A DNA stretch of 64,000 bases from an uncultured virus (IMG/VR IMGVR_UViG_3300028564_000002) (taxonomy: Duplodnaviria; Heunggongvirae; Uroviricota; Caudoviricetes). The notes under the pieces were generated by a model. It worked only from the letters and a program-made list of their open reading frames with translations, had not been told where the DNA came from and did not search any database. The stretch is taken from the IMG/VR virus record IMGVR_UViG_3300028564_000002; one strand, given 5' to 3'. Positions 24,988 to 39,220 of this stretch are shown here, piece by piece (the stretch's first letter is position 1; every line of letters starts with the position of its first letter). The position numbers were made by a program, and so were the translations under genes.

Positions 24988-25896
24988 ATGGAAGATAACA
25001 ACTATGTTGGTATAAAGGAACTATATGATATCAATATACGCTTGAATTAGCCACTGGAAATTGGCGGACGTAAATATGATGTGAACGAAACCATATTAAG
25101 TTTTGAACGAGCAGATATCGCTTAGATATAGGAGGTTAAAACCTATAAAGAGGCGACAGGCGGCTTCAATAACAATATTCTCCTTGATTGGGAAACAGAT
25201 AGGGAAGCTACTTTTGGTATCAGTCATGGTGTTCTTTCTCCAAGCTCTTGGGCAGTATTAAGTAATTCCAAGCTGAATAAAAAGGAAAAGAAGTCAGTAT
25301 CATTCAAGGAACAGCTTGATGTTATTGAAGATGACGATTGCTGGTTTGTTCTTTTAAAATACATTCCAAATCATGTAGATGGAACTTGGGGATTACAAGG
25401 AAATCCTGAAAATGAACCAATGCCAATGGGAAGGAGAGAATGGCTTCCTTTAAAACCATTACCTCCACAGAAGGATAAATTCCTATTCTGTTATGACATG
25501 GAAACTGGTAAGAGAATTATGAAGTTTGATGTATGTGGCAATAAGATTGTATTTAAAGGCGAACACAGAAAGGTCATGGTAGATTATACTTTTGATTATT
25601 CTGACGGCATTACAGAACTTGGTATTGGTAATAGATTGTTCAATGGTTTCTTGAACTTAACTGGTAAAATGACTACTAAGGACTATTTCAGTGGCGAACC
25701 TAAGACAGCTATTATTGAAATACCACGTTTGAAGATATCTTCAAATATCGTCATGAAACTTGGCACTTATTATGATGACCCACTGGTAAGTGATTTCTAT
25801 TTTATAGGTTATCCGTAGGAAGGTAGACTTCCAGAGGACACTAAGATTATGAATATCACTTTCTTGGACAAGGAGTTAACAGGAGACTATGTGTGA
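24988..25896 (+). CDS. Divergent tail-tube-like protein, paralog 5 (302 aa)
   Basis: ATG 24988 after GGAGGTG; degenerate motifs YVGIKELYDI, EATGGFNNNILLDWE, FNGFLNLTGK, IIEIPRLKI; ends at TGA 25894-25896. Confidence 0.55.
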
Positions 25897-25902
25897 TGTT
25901 TT

Positions 25903-27984
25903 ATGGGAGAAGTTAAAAATTATCTTGATATTCAGTTGAGGGATATGGACTATGAAAATAACTATCCCGGCAACCTACGTTTAAAATTTTTGGGCTTAGA
26001 CCATTATTACAGAGAAGATGATGTGTTTGATCAGAAATATAACACAGCGTTGGAAAAAGCTAAAAGAAGTCTTGATTTAAAAATGTCAGGAACAAAGGTT
26101 GAAAATGACCCAGTAGTAAAATCGCTTGTGTTATTGTATAAACAAAGACTTCAAAGAGAATAGCGTTTCATTAAGGAATGGGAAAAAGAGTTTGGCATGA
26201 ATCGTAAGGATGCGAAAACAAAAGTAGTTTTCCCTCTAAACGGTGATTACACATTAAGCACAAGTAGGGCTTATGCTTATTAGTTTTCAAACTTCTTAAT
26301 TACAGCCATCGGCGCACAAGACAATGAGATAATCAAGTGTCTTAGAAGTGATGAATTAGCCGCCGCCGTTTCAGGTTTGGCTTCAAAGGTTTTCTCTTCA
26401 CGTGCCGCCGAAGGACATAATTCTAATAAAAAAGGTTAGTCTGATATTAACCTTTACTATGAAAATCTGTTTACTACATTTTTCTTTGGAAAGAGAACCC
26501 GTAAAGATGAATATAAGGTAAGCTTGGAGGAAATGACAAAGAAAGGTTCTACTGTTGGTAGTTAGACCTTTAAAGAAAAGTTCAACAAGTTTATTCAAAC
26601 TTACTATGGTAGTAGAGATTCAAAATTCGGTGAAGCAATTAAACGAGGTTTGGCTTCTTTAACAGATGAATGTGCCGAAAGAATTTATCAAAATTTTAAT
26701 ACTTCAAATCCAAAATACTTTACCTTCACTCGTTCTGAAGGACGTGGTGCTTCTGAGTTAACACAGCAACAGTTGAAGAAAATGTTATTACAAACTATCA
26801 GAGAAATAGCTGATGCTAATGGAGCAAACGGAAACTATGATGATTATACCATTCCAGGACTTATCGAAGTTAATGCTGAGTGGCGAGAAATGGATGGAAA
26901 ATATAATGCCGTCGTTCAGACTAAGATTGACGATATGAAGAAGAAAAGAAGTAAATTAAAGGCAGACAAAAGAAGTGGTAAACACGTTGATATGCGTCAT
27001 TACAACAGAACCTATGGTGTTGATGAGCATGACGAGGATGCTTACGAAGGCTTAGAGGGCGACCCTGTATAGCTTAAAGAGTTGTTCTTACAATTTATAA
27101 CAAACAAAATTGCAGAACTAATAAAACGCCCTTTAAGTAAACAAGAGGAACATACATTATCCAGAGCCGTTTTCCAAAAGATTGATAAAACAATCAAAAG
27201 AGGAGATAAGGCACTGAACGCAATGACTGCTTATGGTCCAACTCAAATGAAGGGTTTTCTCGGTGAGGTTGCTACTGCTTATTCACTTCAACTTGGTTCA
27301 GCAAACACACAGAGCGGCATTTATACAGAGGTCACAGGTGCTGAAAGAACCAGTGTCGCAGGACAAGCAAACTTTGACGTGGCGGCACGAATAGGTGAGT
27401 CTACTATTGGTTTTTAGGTTAAGAATTATAAAAGCAAAAGTGCTACATTATATACTGAAACCGTTCATTTAGGTAGACAAGAAATGTATAAGTATTTTAG
27501 TGATAATGATGTTAAGGCTTATAGATGGCTTTTTGCTAACGGCTTATATCTTACATCAGTAAATGACATTCCTGACTTAAGAAAGAAAATGGAAATGTGT
27601 TTCTTCAACTCCATTAGTGATTTCTTACGTATCACGGATGCTTCATATGAAGGTATGATAGAGAGCGATGTGTATGTAATAGGAAGTAATTATTTCCCAA
27701 GTTCATATCTCATTGCCGCCGCCATAGATAGGGTTAAAAAGGAACTCGAAAAGAATAATGGCAATGACCAGACAATGTTTAAGTTATATGGCTCTTTCCC
27801 AAAATATCGTGAAAAAGCAAAGCCAAAAGAGAAAACGGTAAACAGGAACGGAGTAATGGTAAATAAAACGTTTTATGGTAATAAACGAATGCCTGATAAG
27901 AATATCGTGTATATTGATAGAAGTAGGGTATTGGATAACGGAGAAATTAAATTCAAAGGTATCACAATAAATTTTTCAATTTAA
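25903..27984 (+). CDS. Hypothetical protein with a possible PD-(D/E)XK-like motif (693 aa)
   Basis: Four ORF fragments in one frame split by TAGs; contains KGFLGEV...NFDVAARIGESTIGFQVKNY. Confidence 0.6.
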
Positions 27985-27999
27985 GTGAGGTGAGTATGA

Positions 28000-30900
28000 A
28001 TGGGTGATACAAGGGAAACTTATGTATTAGACCTGGATGTCTCAAGTTTCGTCAATAAGTATAAGAGTGCCATCGATTAGATGAAGGCTGCTGGCTTATC
28101 TGGTGATGTTACAAAGGGATTGAAAAAAGAACTTGATACTCTTACTGAGTCTTTAAACTATTTGCAGGAAGAGGGCAAAGAAGGCTTTCTTGACGGTAAA
28201 TAGGTTGAGGATTTTAGAAGACGTGTTACAAAGGTATTAAAGGAATTTACCAGCTTTGAAAATCGTATTGATAATATCGGAACAAAGCTTGGTCAGTGGG
28301 GCAGAAAGTCTGCTTAGGCAACTGCTAAGATTAAAGAAGCCCTTAATGCTTTACAGTTAACAGATGTTGAAAACGGACTTGATAGAATTGTTAAAGCTGA
28401 AAATAGACAGAAAGAGACTGAGAAAGTATTAAATGAAGAACTTGAAAAAAGAGTAAAATTATATGATTAGCTTGCTGCTAAAAGTAAAGAAGGAAGAGAT
28501 ATATCAAGAGTTTTTAATGATAAAAATGAGAGTATTTTAACTGATATATCTTCAGGAACCGCTACTTATATGGACCGCGGAAAGGAAAAAAATATTTATA
28601 AAAGCGGTAGTATAGGTCCTACCAGTGATGAGAGAAGTGCATTATATCAAACCATTCGAGATGCAGTTGGCTACGCAAATACTTTAGAAGAAGCTTTACA
28701 AAGAGTAGATAGTTTCCTTAATAAAGATAATTTTAAATCAAAATTAACCAATTAGGGTCAGGGCGTTAGAGCATTTACAAGAGAATTGTGGCAGAATTGG
28801 CAATAGTCACAAGCTGCGATGTAGGGCGCAGAACAAGCAGACCAATAGCTTATTAGTGCTGAACAAAGACTGCTTGCAATGGGCGAAAAGGTTGATGGAG
28901 AATGGAGACTTAGAAGTGATGTAATGAAAAACGCATCTTCTTCTACTAAAGACCTTGATAAAGTTGAACGTAAGCTTGATGAGACTTTAGACGCTTCAGC
29001 AAGAAGCGCAGAAGGTCTTGCTAATGCTGAAAGAGACGTTAATGAAGCAAGTAACGGTTTAAAAGGCTCTGCCGCAAAAATGGGACAGGTCTTAAACCAG
29101 AATGTAGACGTTATTAATCAAAGTATTGATAGTGCTAAAGAAGCTTCATCAACATTTGATTAGTTGAAATCAAGACTTCTCATGTTCTTCAGTGTCACTT
29201 CTGTTATTAACACTTTAAAGAAACAGATTAGAGATACTTATAATGACGTTAAGAAACTTGATAAAGCCTTCGCTTCAATTGCGATGGTTACATCAAACAG
29301 CGTTCAAGGAATGTGGTCTTCTTATGGAAGATACGCATCCATGGCGGCAGAACTTGGTCAAAAGACAGAAGACGTCGTTAAGGCATCTGCTTTGTTCTAT
29401 CAGCAAGGTCTTGATACTAATGAAGCATTTGAATTGACAACCGACACCATGAAACTTGCTACATTGGCAGGTAATGACTTTAGTACAGCTACCGAGGAAA
29501 TGACATCAGCTATCCGTGGTTTCCGTATGGAAATGGATAATGGTGCTCACGTTACCGACGTTTACTCAGAGCTTGCCGCTCACGCTGCTGCTAACGTTGA
29601 CGGTATCGCACAGGCTATGGCGAGAACTGCTTCAATCGCTAACTCTGCTGGTATGAGTTTTGAGAATACAGCCGCTTTCCTTACTCAGGTTATTGAAACC
29701 ACACAGGAATCTGCTGAAAACATCGGTACATCTTTGAAAACTATCATTGCAAGATTTACTGAATTGAAGACAAACGTAGCCGGTACAGCTGATTCTGAAT
29801 TTGATGATTTGGACTTCAACAAGGTTGATACTGCGTTAAAATCTGTTGGTGTTTCATTAAAGGATACTAATGGACAGTTCCGTGACCTTGACCAAGTATT
29901 TCTTGAGTTAAGTAAAAAGTGGTCAACACTTGACCGTAATACACAGCGTTATGTTGCTACTATCGCCGCAGGTTCACGTCAGCAATCACGTTTCATCGCT
30001 ATGATGGATAACTATGACAGAACTGTTGAACTTATAGAAATGGCAGCTAATGCTGAGGGTAAGGCTGATGAGCAGTTTAATAAGTATGCAGATACAATGG
30101 AATATAAGCTCAATCAGTTAGGAACTACATGGGAGCAATTCAGAGTTCGTTTAATGGACGCTGATATGTTTAAGGATATAGTTGATGGTGTTAATGAATT
30201 AGTTAAGAGAATTAATGCGATAAACTTCTCAAATGCCTTTGACTTCTCAAAGTTCGCTATTGGTATTCCTGTTATAGTGAGCAAAGTGAAATCAATGTCT
30301 GTCACTTTCATTAGATCTTTTTAGGAAACTACTAAACAAATTAAAATATTAGGAACATCCTTAAGAACTAACATAGGTAATATACGTCCGTTTAATACTG
30401 CAAAAAAAGACCTTATAAAATATGAACAAGAACTTGTTACAGCGATTAATAAAACAGAAAATCTTAAAAATGTAAGTGCTAAGCCTCAAATGGTAAAAAT
30501 CATTTATGATGCTTATACCAATTCTGGTGACAAAGTTTCTACTTTTCTTAATAATCTCAAAGAACCTATTCAAACTCAATTTAAGCTTTCTGATGAAGAA
30601 ACGAAAGAAAAGATAAACCAAATAAGAGAAGCATTAAGACTCTTAGGTTAGGAAGGAGCAGCAGACGGTCCTGAAGCAATAGCTAATGGTTTTAGAAGCC
30701 TTAAAGGAGAGATACAGGGTGTTGGAGCCGCCCTTGACAACGTTGCAAAACAAAAAGCTAAAATAACCCAAACGCAGAAAATTGTTGCTTCCTTTGGACA
30801 GATAGGTGCGCAAGTCTTTAATGCTTTAACAACTTCCTTGATGGGATGGATAAACGGTCTTACAACCTTTGAATAGGCGGCTAAGAGTTTTGTCGGAATG

Positions 30901-33900
30901 TCTGTCGTAATGGTAGCCCAGCTAGGAATGTAGAAAGCCGTTACCATCGCTTCAACAGTAGCAAATCAGCTTGCAAAAGTTTCAGAAGATGAACTCACTG
31001 CGGCAAAGGCAAGAGATGCCACTGCAACAAAATTAAAGATTGCTGCACAGAAAGCAGAAGTTAGTTCAACTCTGGCAGTTGCCGCAGCCACCACAATTGC
31101 TATCGCTGCTGTTGCTGCTCTTGTTGCAATTTTTTATACTATTGGCAGCGCGGCGAAGAGAAGTAGAGAAGCCAAATAGGCTGAAGCTGCTTCAACCAGC
31201 AAACTTGCCACAGAAAATGAACGACTTAGTGATTCCTATGCTAAGACTAAAGAAAAAGCAGAAAAAGCTAGGTCTGTAATGGAAGATTCTAAAGAAGTTA
31301 TTGATAGATTAACTGAAGCAGACGAAAAATATTTAAAACAGCGTTATTTAACAGACGAAGAGCTTGAAGAATGGAAAAATGAATAGCAAGAAATTGCTAA
31401 ACTTGTTCCAGAACTTGTTGAAAGATATGACATAGAAGGTAATGCCATATTAAAGATGGGTCAAAGCTGGGATAAAGCACTTGAATCTAAGAGAGCATAT
31501 TATGAAGAATCAAATGCAGAATATAATAAATTAAATCTTGAAGCAAGTGTATTAAAAATTCAAGAAAGTTAGGGTAATCTTACATTAGATGAATTATATA
31601 AAACTTATTCTGAGGATAAATATATTGATAGATTAATGAAAGCCACTTCAGCCAATAAGAGCGGATATGATAGATATGGCATTTGGGATGAAGAAGGAAA
31701 CTTCCAGGAATTAGAAAATCTCACAGGTGTGGGCGCCATTAAAGCAATGCGTGATTCAGATTAGGCAGAAGACTATGGTAAATATTTAAGAGAAGCAATT
31801 ATTTCTGGCGGTCTTGGTAATAAGTTTAGTGTTAATGAAGATTCTTCTGGTCTTGATACTCTTGAAAAGATTGATGAAGCATTGCACAAGGGCGGCACCG
31901 ATATTGAAGATGCAACTTTAGAACAGCTCATTACAGCCCTTGAAAATTATCCAAGAGAACTTGAGAAAAACATAAATGAGAATAAACAATTAATATAGGA
32001 ACAAAAAGCAGTTTTTGATAAGGGTATAACTTCAAGTGTAACTGGAACTCTTGAAATGACTGATGTATACAACGATGCTGAAGATGCTAATGTTAAAAAA
32101 ATTATGGCTCAATACGTTGCATCTATAAACAATCTGTCTTATGAAGAGTTAGAAAAATCATTTAAAGAATTAGATGGAACAAAACAGTGGCTTGATGAAA
32201 ATGGAGAAGTTATTCCAGAATATATTACAGATTATAATAATGCACTTAATAAATATATTGAAGAATAGACTGATAAAGAAGCTATAATCCCAGATAATCT
32301 CGAAGAAATATTCACAAAGACTGCTCAGGCGGCAATCGAACAATTCTATTATGAATTAGAATCTAAAGGATTGTCAACAGAAGATGCTTATAACTTACTT
32401 GTTGATACATATAAAAACATCTTACCAGAAGAAGTATTTAATGTAATAAAAAGTAATTATGAAGACCTTGAGAAATTAAGAGAGCAGAGAAAGAAAGGAT
32501 TTACTTCTGCTACTGGATGGAACCCAGATATAGGCGGCACAGAGACTAAAAAGCAGGTTGTTGATTATTATGACTCTCTTGGAGACGATGCTCAGCAAGC
32601 CTTTGTTGACGCTCTTGGTAAAGTTGACAATACGAAAACTGCTCAATAGCTTGCTTAGAGACTTACTTCTGCGATGTCGGATGCAAGCGAAGATGTAAGA
32701 AATTATTTATCTACTTTAAATTGGGAAGAAGATTACTCACTTCTTACCGAAGACAGCTTTAAGCAAGGAACTCTTACTACTTTGGCAGAAGAATATCATA
32801 TTTATGGCGAAGAGGCTCTTAAATACTATGAAGCCATGAAACAATTCATGTCAGATAGCGGAGTAATTAATCTTGAGTATGTAAATACAGCTCAGCTTGC
32901 TTCATGGCAAGAGAAGATTGAAGCTATTACTGATGTTATTTAGAAGAATGATGATATAATTAAGAAATACGCATAGGATAACAGAGAGTATATAAGACTA
33001 TCATAGGAAGATTATGATAAATTAAATGATGCTAAGAAAGCCCTTGAGGATGCAGGTGTATCAGCTGAACAGCTTGACGCGGCACTTGATTTTAAAGGAA
33101 ACGAGTGGGTTCTTAATGGTAAATTATGGAATGACACCATAAAGAAAGCAAGTATTGAAACTTCTGCTTTAGCTCAATAGTAGTTAAAGGTTAATGAAGA
33201 AAAGCTTAAAGACGTTAACTTAACAACTGAAGAACGTCGTTCAATTGAAGTAGCCAATGAATAGCTCAGTAAGATGATTGTAAGCCAGCAGGAACTTAAT
33301 AAGCATACTGCGGCGACTGCTGGATACTGGGTAAGTATTACAGATTTAATTGAAAACTATTCAAACCTTTCATCTGCTTTCGGAACTGCTGGTAAGGCTC
33401 AGAAGACAAATGGCTATCTTGGCACAAAGGAGATTCAAGGACTTGTTGATGCTTTCCACAATATTGGCGATACAAGCTTTGATGTTTCTAAATTTGTTAA
33501 TAACCAATTACAGCTTAATATCGATGCACTTTATGATTATGTAAATGCTCAGATTAGCGCGCTTGAAGCAAGTGGTAAATTTGCAGAAGCTAATGGCGAA
33601 TAGATTATGATTTGGCAGGCAATGAGAAAAGAACTCATTGCTACAAAGAATGAGGTTAACGCTACTGCTAATGCACTTCAAGATAATCTTACTGAGGCTA
33701 CTGATAACTACAACAAACAGCTTGAAGCTATTAATGATAAACAAGAGGCTCTTAATGATAGGTTGAAAGAATATTAGGATTTACTTTACGGTTCTGATTA
33801 TAGAAAGAGTGGTCTCGACCTGCTTTACAACTATGAACAAGCTATTAGTAGTCTTAATGAAGAAATGGAAAGAACTAAGGACCTCCTTGGCGATTCCAAG

Positions 33901-35865
33901 ACAATCGATGAAGCTTACACCAATCTTAAGAAATACACATCTGCTACTCATGATTATCTTGTAGAAGAAAGAGCAAGACAAGAAGTTATCAAGCAAGGTT
34001 TAGCAAACTATGCTAACATGATTGAAAACGGTTCTGCTTCATATACAGACCAAGAGAGCGGCAGAAGAATTAATATTAACTTTGGTGACTATGCTCGACT
34101 TGATTCAAGAACTGGTAAGTATATGCTTGACCAGAGACTTCTTGAAGAAAGCAAGTTTGCTGACAAGTATAAAGATTTAATCGAACAGCAAATCAGCGAA
34201 CACAATTCTTATGTTGATAAGCTTAAACAAAGTGAGGATGGACTTCTTAAAATTGAGAAGGAGTTCCAGAAACAGAGAGAAGAAGCAGTTAAGAATTATG
34301 CATCTATGGAAAAGACACTTGCTGATGCTCTTAAAGCACAGTATGAGGAAGAGGTAAATAACCTTAAAGACAAATATGATGCAATGAAGGATGCTGACGA
34401 TGACTATCTCGATGCATTGAAAGATGCTATTGATAGACAGAGAAAATTAAGGGAGCAGGAAAATAGCTTTGAAGAGTTAGCTAAAAAGGAAAAGAAACTC
34501 TCATTAATGAGAAGAGACACTTCTGGTGCTAATGGAGTAGAAGTTAGAAATCTTGAAGACGAGGTTCAGAAAGATAGAGAACAGCTCCTTGATAGTGCTA
34601 TTGATAATGTTATTGATGGTTTGTCAGAACTTTATGAATCTCAGCAAGAACTTAGAGAGACAGAAATGGAACTCAAAGACGCATTGCTTGAAAACACTCT
34701 TTACTGGAATATGCAGGCTCAAGACCTTGCGGCATCATTTACAAATGCTGATGAATATGCTCAATATCTTTCATCAATTTCTAAAGAATACGCTGAATCT
34801 ACTTTGGCTATGCAGCAGGAGAAATTGAATGAGTATGGTAATGAGTTCTCTTAGGCTTCACAGTATTTGGCTATGACAGCTATGGATGCGGCATCTGAAA
34901 CAGGGGATTTCGTCGTTGATGTAATGACAGTTTCGGGTGAGGAAATTAGTAATGTAGTTGCTAACACTTCTGAAACCTTTACGACTGAGGTTACAAGAGC
35001 ATACAATGAAACTACTGATGCGTTCATTGAAGACCTTGAAAAAGCACAAGATGCTATCAAGAAAGCAAGAGACGATTTATAGGAGGCTATTAATAAGCTC
35101 AGCGAATTGGCTACTAAGGCTAATGAAGCTGCTGCCGCATTAAACAATGCGAATGAGACTATTGTAATGGAATCACCAAATCCAAATGCCGCCGCCATAG
35201 ATAGGGTTAAAAAGGAAGAAGATGTTAAAGCAGAATATGTTGAAACTGCTGCTCGTGCTGGTGCGCCTGCTGCGGCAGTAGAAGGTATATCTGCAAACTT
35301 TGATGGTGATGCGGCATCTGAAAAGCTTATCAAAATGATAGCTACAAAGGGAAGTAGAGTTTATTTAACTCCAGAGCAGATTGAAGCAGCTAAACGTTTA
35401 GGATTTTTAGTAGGAAGAGTTGGACCAGAAGATGGAAATAATTACAGAATATTTACGCCAGATAAAGAAAGAGAACTTGAAAATTGGCTTAATGCAAATG
35501 CTGTTTCATATCAAGGTAATGTAAAACGTTATCTTGAAGGTGGTCTTGTAAACCAGACAGGTCTTGCCTATGTTGATGGTACTCCGGAGCGTCCAGAGGC
35601 ATTCCTTAACGCAGAGGATACCAAGAACATTGGTGAAGCGGCTAAAATCCTTTCAGACATTCCATACTTCAATGGAGGTCGTGATGAATCAACAACTATC
35701 ACAAACAACAATGGTGGCGACATAAGCGTAGAAATCAACCTTAACATTGACCATATCTCATCTGATGTTGACATCGATGAAATGATTGAAAGAGTTAAGG
35801 AAGAGGTTGTTGAAGTGGCTCGTCCTACTGGAACAAACGTAATACTTAATCAGCAACTCGGCTGA
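28000..35865 (+). CDS. Tape measure protein (2621 aa)
   Basis: All plus-strand fragments in this frame from 28570 to 35865 are collinear; TP901-like core (LFYQQGL, SAENIGTSLKTIIARF, AGSRQQSRFIAMM); long coiled coil; many TAGs. Not every codon was rechecked. Confidence 0.88.
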
Positions 35866-35869
35866 TATT

Positions 35870-35903
35870 AAGGGGCTTAGATAATATCTAAGCCTCTTCT
35901 TTA
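35870..35903 (+). terminator. Intrinsic terminator after the tape measure gene
   Basis: AAGGGGCTTAGATA-A-TATCTAAGCCTCTT followed by CTTT. Confidence 0.65.
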
Positions 35904-35947
35904 TTAGAGCAAAAACAGCTCTTTTTTACATTATTAAAGACAAAGGC

Positions 35948-35976
35948 TTGACTTTGGATACGTTTTGAAGTATAAT
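35948..35976 (+). promoter_or_regulatory. Sigma-A-type promoter upstream of the distal-tail genes
   Basis: TTGACT-N17-TATAAT. Confidence 0.65.
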
Positions 35977-35997
35977 AAAGAAAAGCGAGGTGAAATT

Positions 35998-38900
35998 ATG
36001 CAACCTAATGATTTTTTAGGATTTCGTTTTGGAAAAATTCACACAAGTGATATCCATCTCGAAGTCGTAAGTAGTTCTGATAGATATGAACCAAGAATAC
36101 TTCCTGCTCCAACAGATACCGTAGCAGATATCCCTGGCGGCGATGGACAGTACTATTTTGGTTCTGTTTACAAAAACAGAGAAATAACTTGCAACTTGGC
36201 ATTTGACAATGTTTCTGAAAATGACTATCGTAAAATCAGAAAACTTCTTGCCATAGATAAGTTATAGGATTTGGTTTTTGATGAAGAGCCTTACAAAACA
36301 TGGAAGGCTAAAATTAAATCAAAGCCAGAATTCAAGTCGCTCTGCTTTACAGATAAAGAAACTGGACAGCGTGTGTATAAGGGAACAGCTAAATTGGTGT
36401 TCGTTTGTTATTATCCATATGCGTTTGGTTTCGACAAATATATTGTAAGGGCGGCAGATTATTACATGACAAATCCTCCTGAGTGTATTATACAGGAGGC
36501 TTACAGTGATGAAACTTTTGTCAAGACAAAGAAGGACAAGCCTTAGATAAGAGAACTCGACAAAGACCTTAGCTATCACTACAATACCAATCCAAGCGAC
36601 TATGAAGGCGGCACAACACTGGATAATATTAACAATGTTCAGTTAAGAGACAAGTCTCATAGAAATCGTGAAAACAGAGGATGGGAGCCTAATGACAAAA
36701 CTCCGTGGAAAACTGGTTTTCCAACTCCATGGCAAGTGGAGCAAGGAGAGCTTTTCTTTGATACGCCAGACGGCGAGAAATCAATTGTCAATGTAAGAAG
36801 CTATTGGGATAATGTTCCTCAATGGGAAGAAACTGCTAAACTTCTCTACACACCTACTTTGGACTATGAGCAGGAACTTATGTATCTGCCACAATATTCA
36901 AAGACAGATTTTGTTAACATGGAGATTGGCTTTAATAGTGCTCGTCCTATGATTGGTTCTCGTATGCTTGTTTACAATCCTGGCGACCTTCCAATTGAAT
37001 GGGAGATACGCTTTGATGAAAACAAAAGAAGTTTCTGGTCATGCCGCGGCGGCACAAAGTTTAGAATTAGACGCTTTAATGTTGAACGACTTAAACTTGA
37101 AAATGCTGTTGATTGGTGTGGACTTACCACTTATGAAAAGGAAGATGATAGACCTTTCAGATATGGTAATAAGTATTTCAAGAGAAGAAGTTCTGGACGT
37201 GATGAACTTATCAAAGCTATTGAAAGACTTAATGATGAAGAGATACCAGAGATTTACAAACCAACCATGAATGATACTCATGAGAAATATAATAAAAGAG
37301 AACTCATTCAGTTAATAAAGTCAGGTATACTTCCTGCTGACAAGAACTGGGGCGAACAAGGAAACTATCGTTATTCAGCTACTCAGACAATTGGTGAAAT
37401 GAGTTCAACATGGGATAAGAAACAATACAAGAATGACAACTCTCATAAGGTAGGATTTAACCTCCATCTTGATAACAGATATTGGGCTGACATATTGGCA
37501 ACCAATAGTCTTACTGCTCTTGGTAAAGCACATCCACATCACTGTTATTATGTTGAGCCTATTCCTCGTTAGAAACTTGGACACTATATCAAGTTATTCT
37601 TCTGGCAGACCATACAGTGGCGCGGCGACAGAATGGCTAATGGAGAATGGGTAGGAACTGACAGATATCTTGAACTTGCAAAAGACGTTTTAGATAAACA
37701 TGAAGATGGTTCTTACTACGTAAAAGATGAACACAATCCAGTAGTTGAGTTCATTAAAATGTTCGCTACCATTGCTTCTGACGGAAAAGTCAATACAAAG
37801 AATGACAACACTTATAGAGAAATCTATAAGGGCCTTGATTATGAAAGAGGCATTGATTTTGCTAATCGTTATGAAGAAATGTTCTCAGAATGTATTGACG
37901 AGGAAGAAGAGTATGAACTTTATTGGGATACTCTTAAACAGCTTCTTCGTGAATATTATCCAATAATGGAAAAAACTTGTAAGGATGTTGGCATCGTTGC
38001 TGATGAAAAACACATCAATGAGCAAATCAATAAATTCATTGATAGCTATATCAATCATCCAGTTGAATATATCGGTGAAGACATGAGAGATTTGGACTAC
38101 AATGACGATGTATTCAATGGCTACAAAATGCCGCAATGGATGACCGAAGATTACATGGAAATTGACCAAATGGCTTTATCTGGTGTAGCTACTGTAAAGG
38201 CTTACCTTGATGCTATTGGCGAAGGTTACGATAAAATCTTCACTGGCAAGAGAGTAAAATATACAGCAGAAGACCGTCAGAAACTTATCGATGATGGTAG
38301 TTATACAAAGCTTATTCGTTCACTTGACTCCACAATCGGTGTCGGTGGATATTTGAATGACCTTCTTGATGATTATTACTATCTCAACACTGACAACCGT
38401 ATGCTCTATACAACAGCTAATCCTTATGGAATGGAGTTTGTTTATAAGCCAAACAAGGTTGTTATGAATGAAGCTATTACAAAAGGTAAATGGTTTAAAC
38501 TACCACCTGGCTGGTCATTAATCTGTGTAGAGCCAGTAGTTGATGAAACATTATGGGGTGGTAAGACTTGGGAAGATGGTCGTCCATATGACTGGGGTTA
38601 TGGTGGAGACTTAAACAGAAATAAACGTGAAGTTCAACAGCTTTATGACTTTGTTTATGACCTTGCAAGAGAAGAGTTCTTTAAAATCTACTCAAAGGAA
38701 GATATACTTAATATCATTCCAAGCAGTAATTTGGAAGGCTATTCAGATACCCAAGATACAGACGGCGGCACAGAAGACCCTGTTGATGAATTACTTAAAT
38801 TTAAGGTGTGGTATGAAAAGGAATTAAATCTTCTTACAGTACCTACTGCGGCAGGTTATAATAACTATTTTGGCAGAGGACTGTTCAACAAATATAAGAA

Positions 38901-39210
38901 TGATGGAGAATATCAGTTCTTAAAAATCATTCACAGCATTTGGACAATGATTGCTTCATATTACTCATGGACAGCATTGAAAGGCGTTTGGTCTGACCCA
39001 GATGCGGTCGAACCTGGCGATGTTATTGAAGGACCACAGCTTGACGATTATGATGTTACTGGACTTCCACTTCGTTGTATTAACAATGATATCAGCGATT
39101 GGTGGTGGTATGCTTGTAACTATGTATGGGCACAATTTCCACCTCTTTACTGGGCTACTGCTGATATGCTCAATAAGATAAGTATTAAATATACACCATT
39201 ATACTATTAA
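35998..39210 (+). CDS. Distal tail (Dit-like) protein with large insertions (1070 aa)
   Basis: Directly follows the tape measure gene; N-terminal FLGFRFG..IPGGDGQYYFG..LVFDEEPYK..FVCYYPYA Dit-like region; later YNPGDLP and WFKLPPG motifs; ends ISIKYTPLYY; four fragments joined by TAGs. Confidence 0.7.
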
Positions 39211-39220
39211 GGAGATTAAT

